Assembly: GCA_902564295.1 (NCBI GenBank) | Contig: CACFAO010000004.1 | Coordinates: 7,907 to 71,906, forward strand | Direction of reading: 5' to 3' | DNA from: an uncultured Pelagibacteraceae bacterium | GTDB taxonomy: Bacteria; Pseudomonadota; Alphaproteobacteria; Pelagibacterales; AG-422-B15 | Length of the DNA: 64,000 nt | In this document: positions 63,352-64,000 of the stretch, piece by piece | How the letters are laid out: every line of letters begins with the position of its first letter | Position numbering within the stretch: the stretch's first letter is position 1 | Translations under genes and position numbers: made by a program | Notes under the pieces: model-generated | Database searches by the model: none | Seen by the model: the letters and a program-made list of their open reading frames with translations, nothing else | What the model was told of the DNA's origin: nothing

Positions 63352-64000
63352 TTTTAGTGCTTTTAAATACTAAAATTAAAATTCCAGCAAGAAACATTGG
63401 TAAAGATAATATCATGCCCATTGTGAGAAAATGATATACAAATCCTAATTGAATATCGGGCTCGCGTGTAAATTCAACTGTAAATCGAAATAATCCATAC
63501 AGCATAAGAAAGACACCTGAAATTATTCCAGGGTTTTTAAGTTTTTTAAATTTAAAAATTAGAAAATTTAAAATTATAAATAATAATAGTCCTTCTAAAA
63601 AAGCTTCATATAATTGACTTGGATGACGATACTGGTTGTCAGCGTTTGGAAATTTCATTCCAATAAGAAAATTTGAAGGTCTACCAAATAATTCGCCATT
63701 AATAAAATTAGATATTCTGCCAAAAAATATTCCAACAGGAGCTGACACACATACCAAATCGCTTATTTCAAAAAAAGTAGTTTTATAGAGCTTTGAAATT
63801 ATTATGGCGGCTGTAACAATACCAAGCAAACCTCCGTGAAAGGATAAACCTCCTTGCCAAAGATATATTATCTCAATTAGATTTTCAGAGTAATAATCAT
63901 AATTATAGAAAATCACATATCCCAATCGTGCTCCTATAATTAATCCAATTATTGAATAAAAAATCAGATCATCTATTAGTTTTTCATTGATGCTATTACT
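63338..64000 (-). CDS. lgt: Prolipoprotein diacylglyceryl transferase, N-terminus outside the window
   Basis: The tracked ORF begins at an internal TTG. The same frame stays open to base 64000 (SNSINEKLIDDLIFYSIIGLIIGARLGYVIFYN...). Contains WQGGLSFHGGLLG, GRISNFINGELFGRP and HPSQLYEA motifs. Confidence 0.9.
   Translation of the reverse strand, partial: SNSINEKLIDDLIFYSIIGLIIGARLGYVIFYNYDYYSENLIEIIYLWQGGLSFHGGLLGIVTAAIIISKLYKTTFFEISDLVCVSAPVGIFFGRISNFINGELFGRPSNFLIGMKFPNADNQYRHPSQLYEAFLEGLLLFIILNFLIFKFKKLKNPGIISGVFLMLYGLFRFTVEFTREPDIQLGFVYHFLTMGMILSLPMFLAGILILVFKSTKNDTR

Overview
This is a visibly AT-rich, very gene-dense 64-kb piece of an alphaproteobacterial chromosome. Total non-coding sequence is only about 2 kb, judged by eye from the ORF track. 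Alphaproteobacterial signatures are a CcrM-type GANTC methyltransferase, a split F0 operon with b and b' subunits, ctaB-ctaG-coxC-SURF1, petABC, an APH-type ThrB, the DUF1285-NUDIX-CCA block and the lgt-DUF185-yfiH block. Together with many overlapping start and stop codons, this fits a streamlined marine oligotroph of the Pelagibacterales (SAR11) kind, but I cannot verify the taxon without a database search.

I support 74 protein genes (two are cut by the window edges, and one 34-codon gene is missing from the ORF track) and 3 tRNAs: Leu-GAG, Met/Ile2-CAT and Gln-TTG. Content is almost entirely core housekeeping:
- NAD synthesis (nadABC)
- aa3 cytochrome oxidase with its assembly genes
- the bc1 complex, ATP synthase F0 and ETF-QO
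- isoprenoid genes (ispA, ispB, ispE)
- DNA repair and methylation (mutY, udg, rnhA, rnhB, ccrM, smc)
- translation factors and purine salvage

I saw no CRISPR array, IS element, integrase, prophage, toxin-antitoxin pair or recognisable defence gene. I do not find convincing evidence for a novel multi-gene system here.

The observations most worth a second look are:
1. A tightly coupled module of a PaaY/gamma-CA-like protein, a GMC oxidoreductase, a membrane-anchored Ntn acylase and an acyl-CoA ligase (15945-21915).
2. A short (863 aa) SMC with no recognisable hinge domain.
3. Three GANTC methylation sites embedded in a candidate ccrM promoter.
4. An untracked 34-codon membrane ORF translationally coupled inside the cta operon.
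5. A perfect DnaA box cluster in the petC-permease spacer.
6. Convergent gene pairs whose stop codons interlock, leaving no room for terminators.

All functional calls come from motif and family recognition in the supplied translations. No alignments or HMM searches were run.
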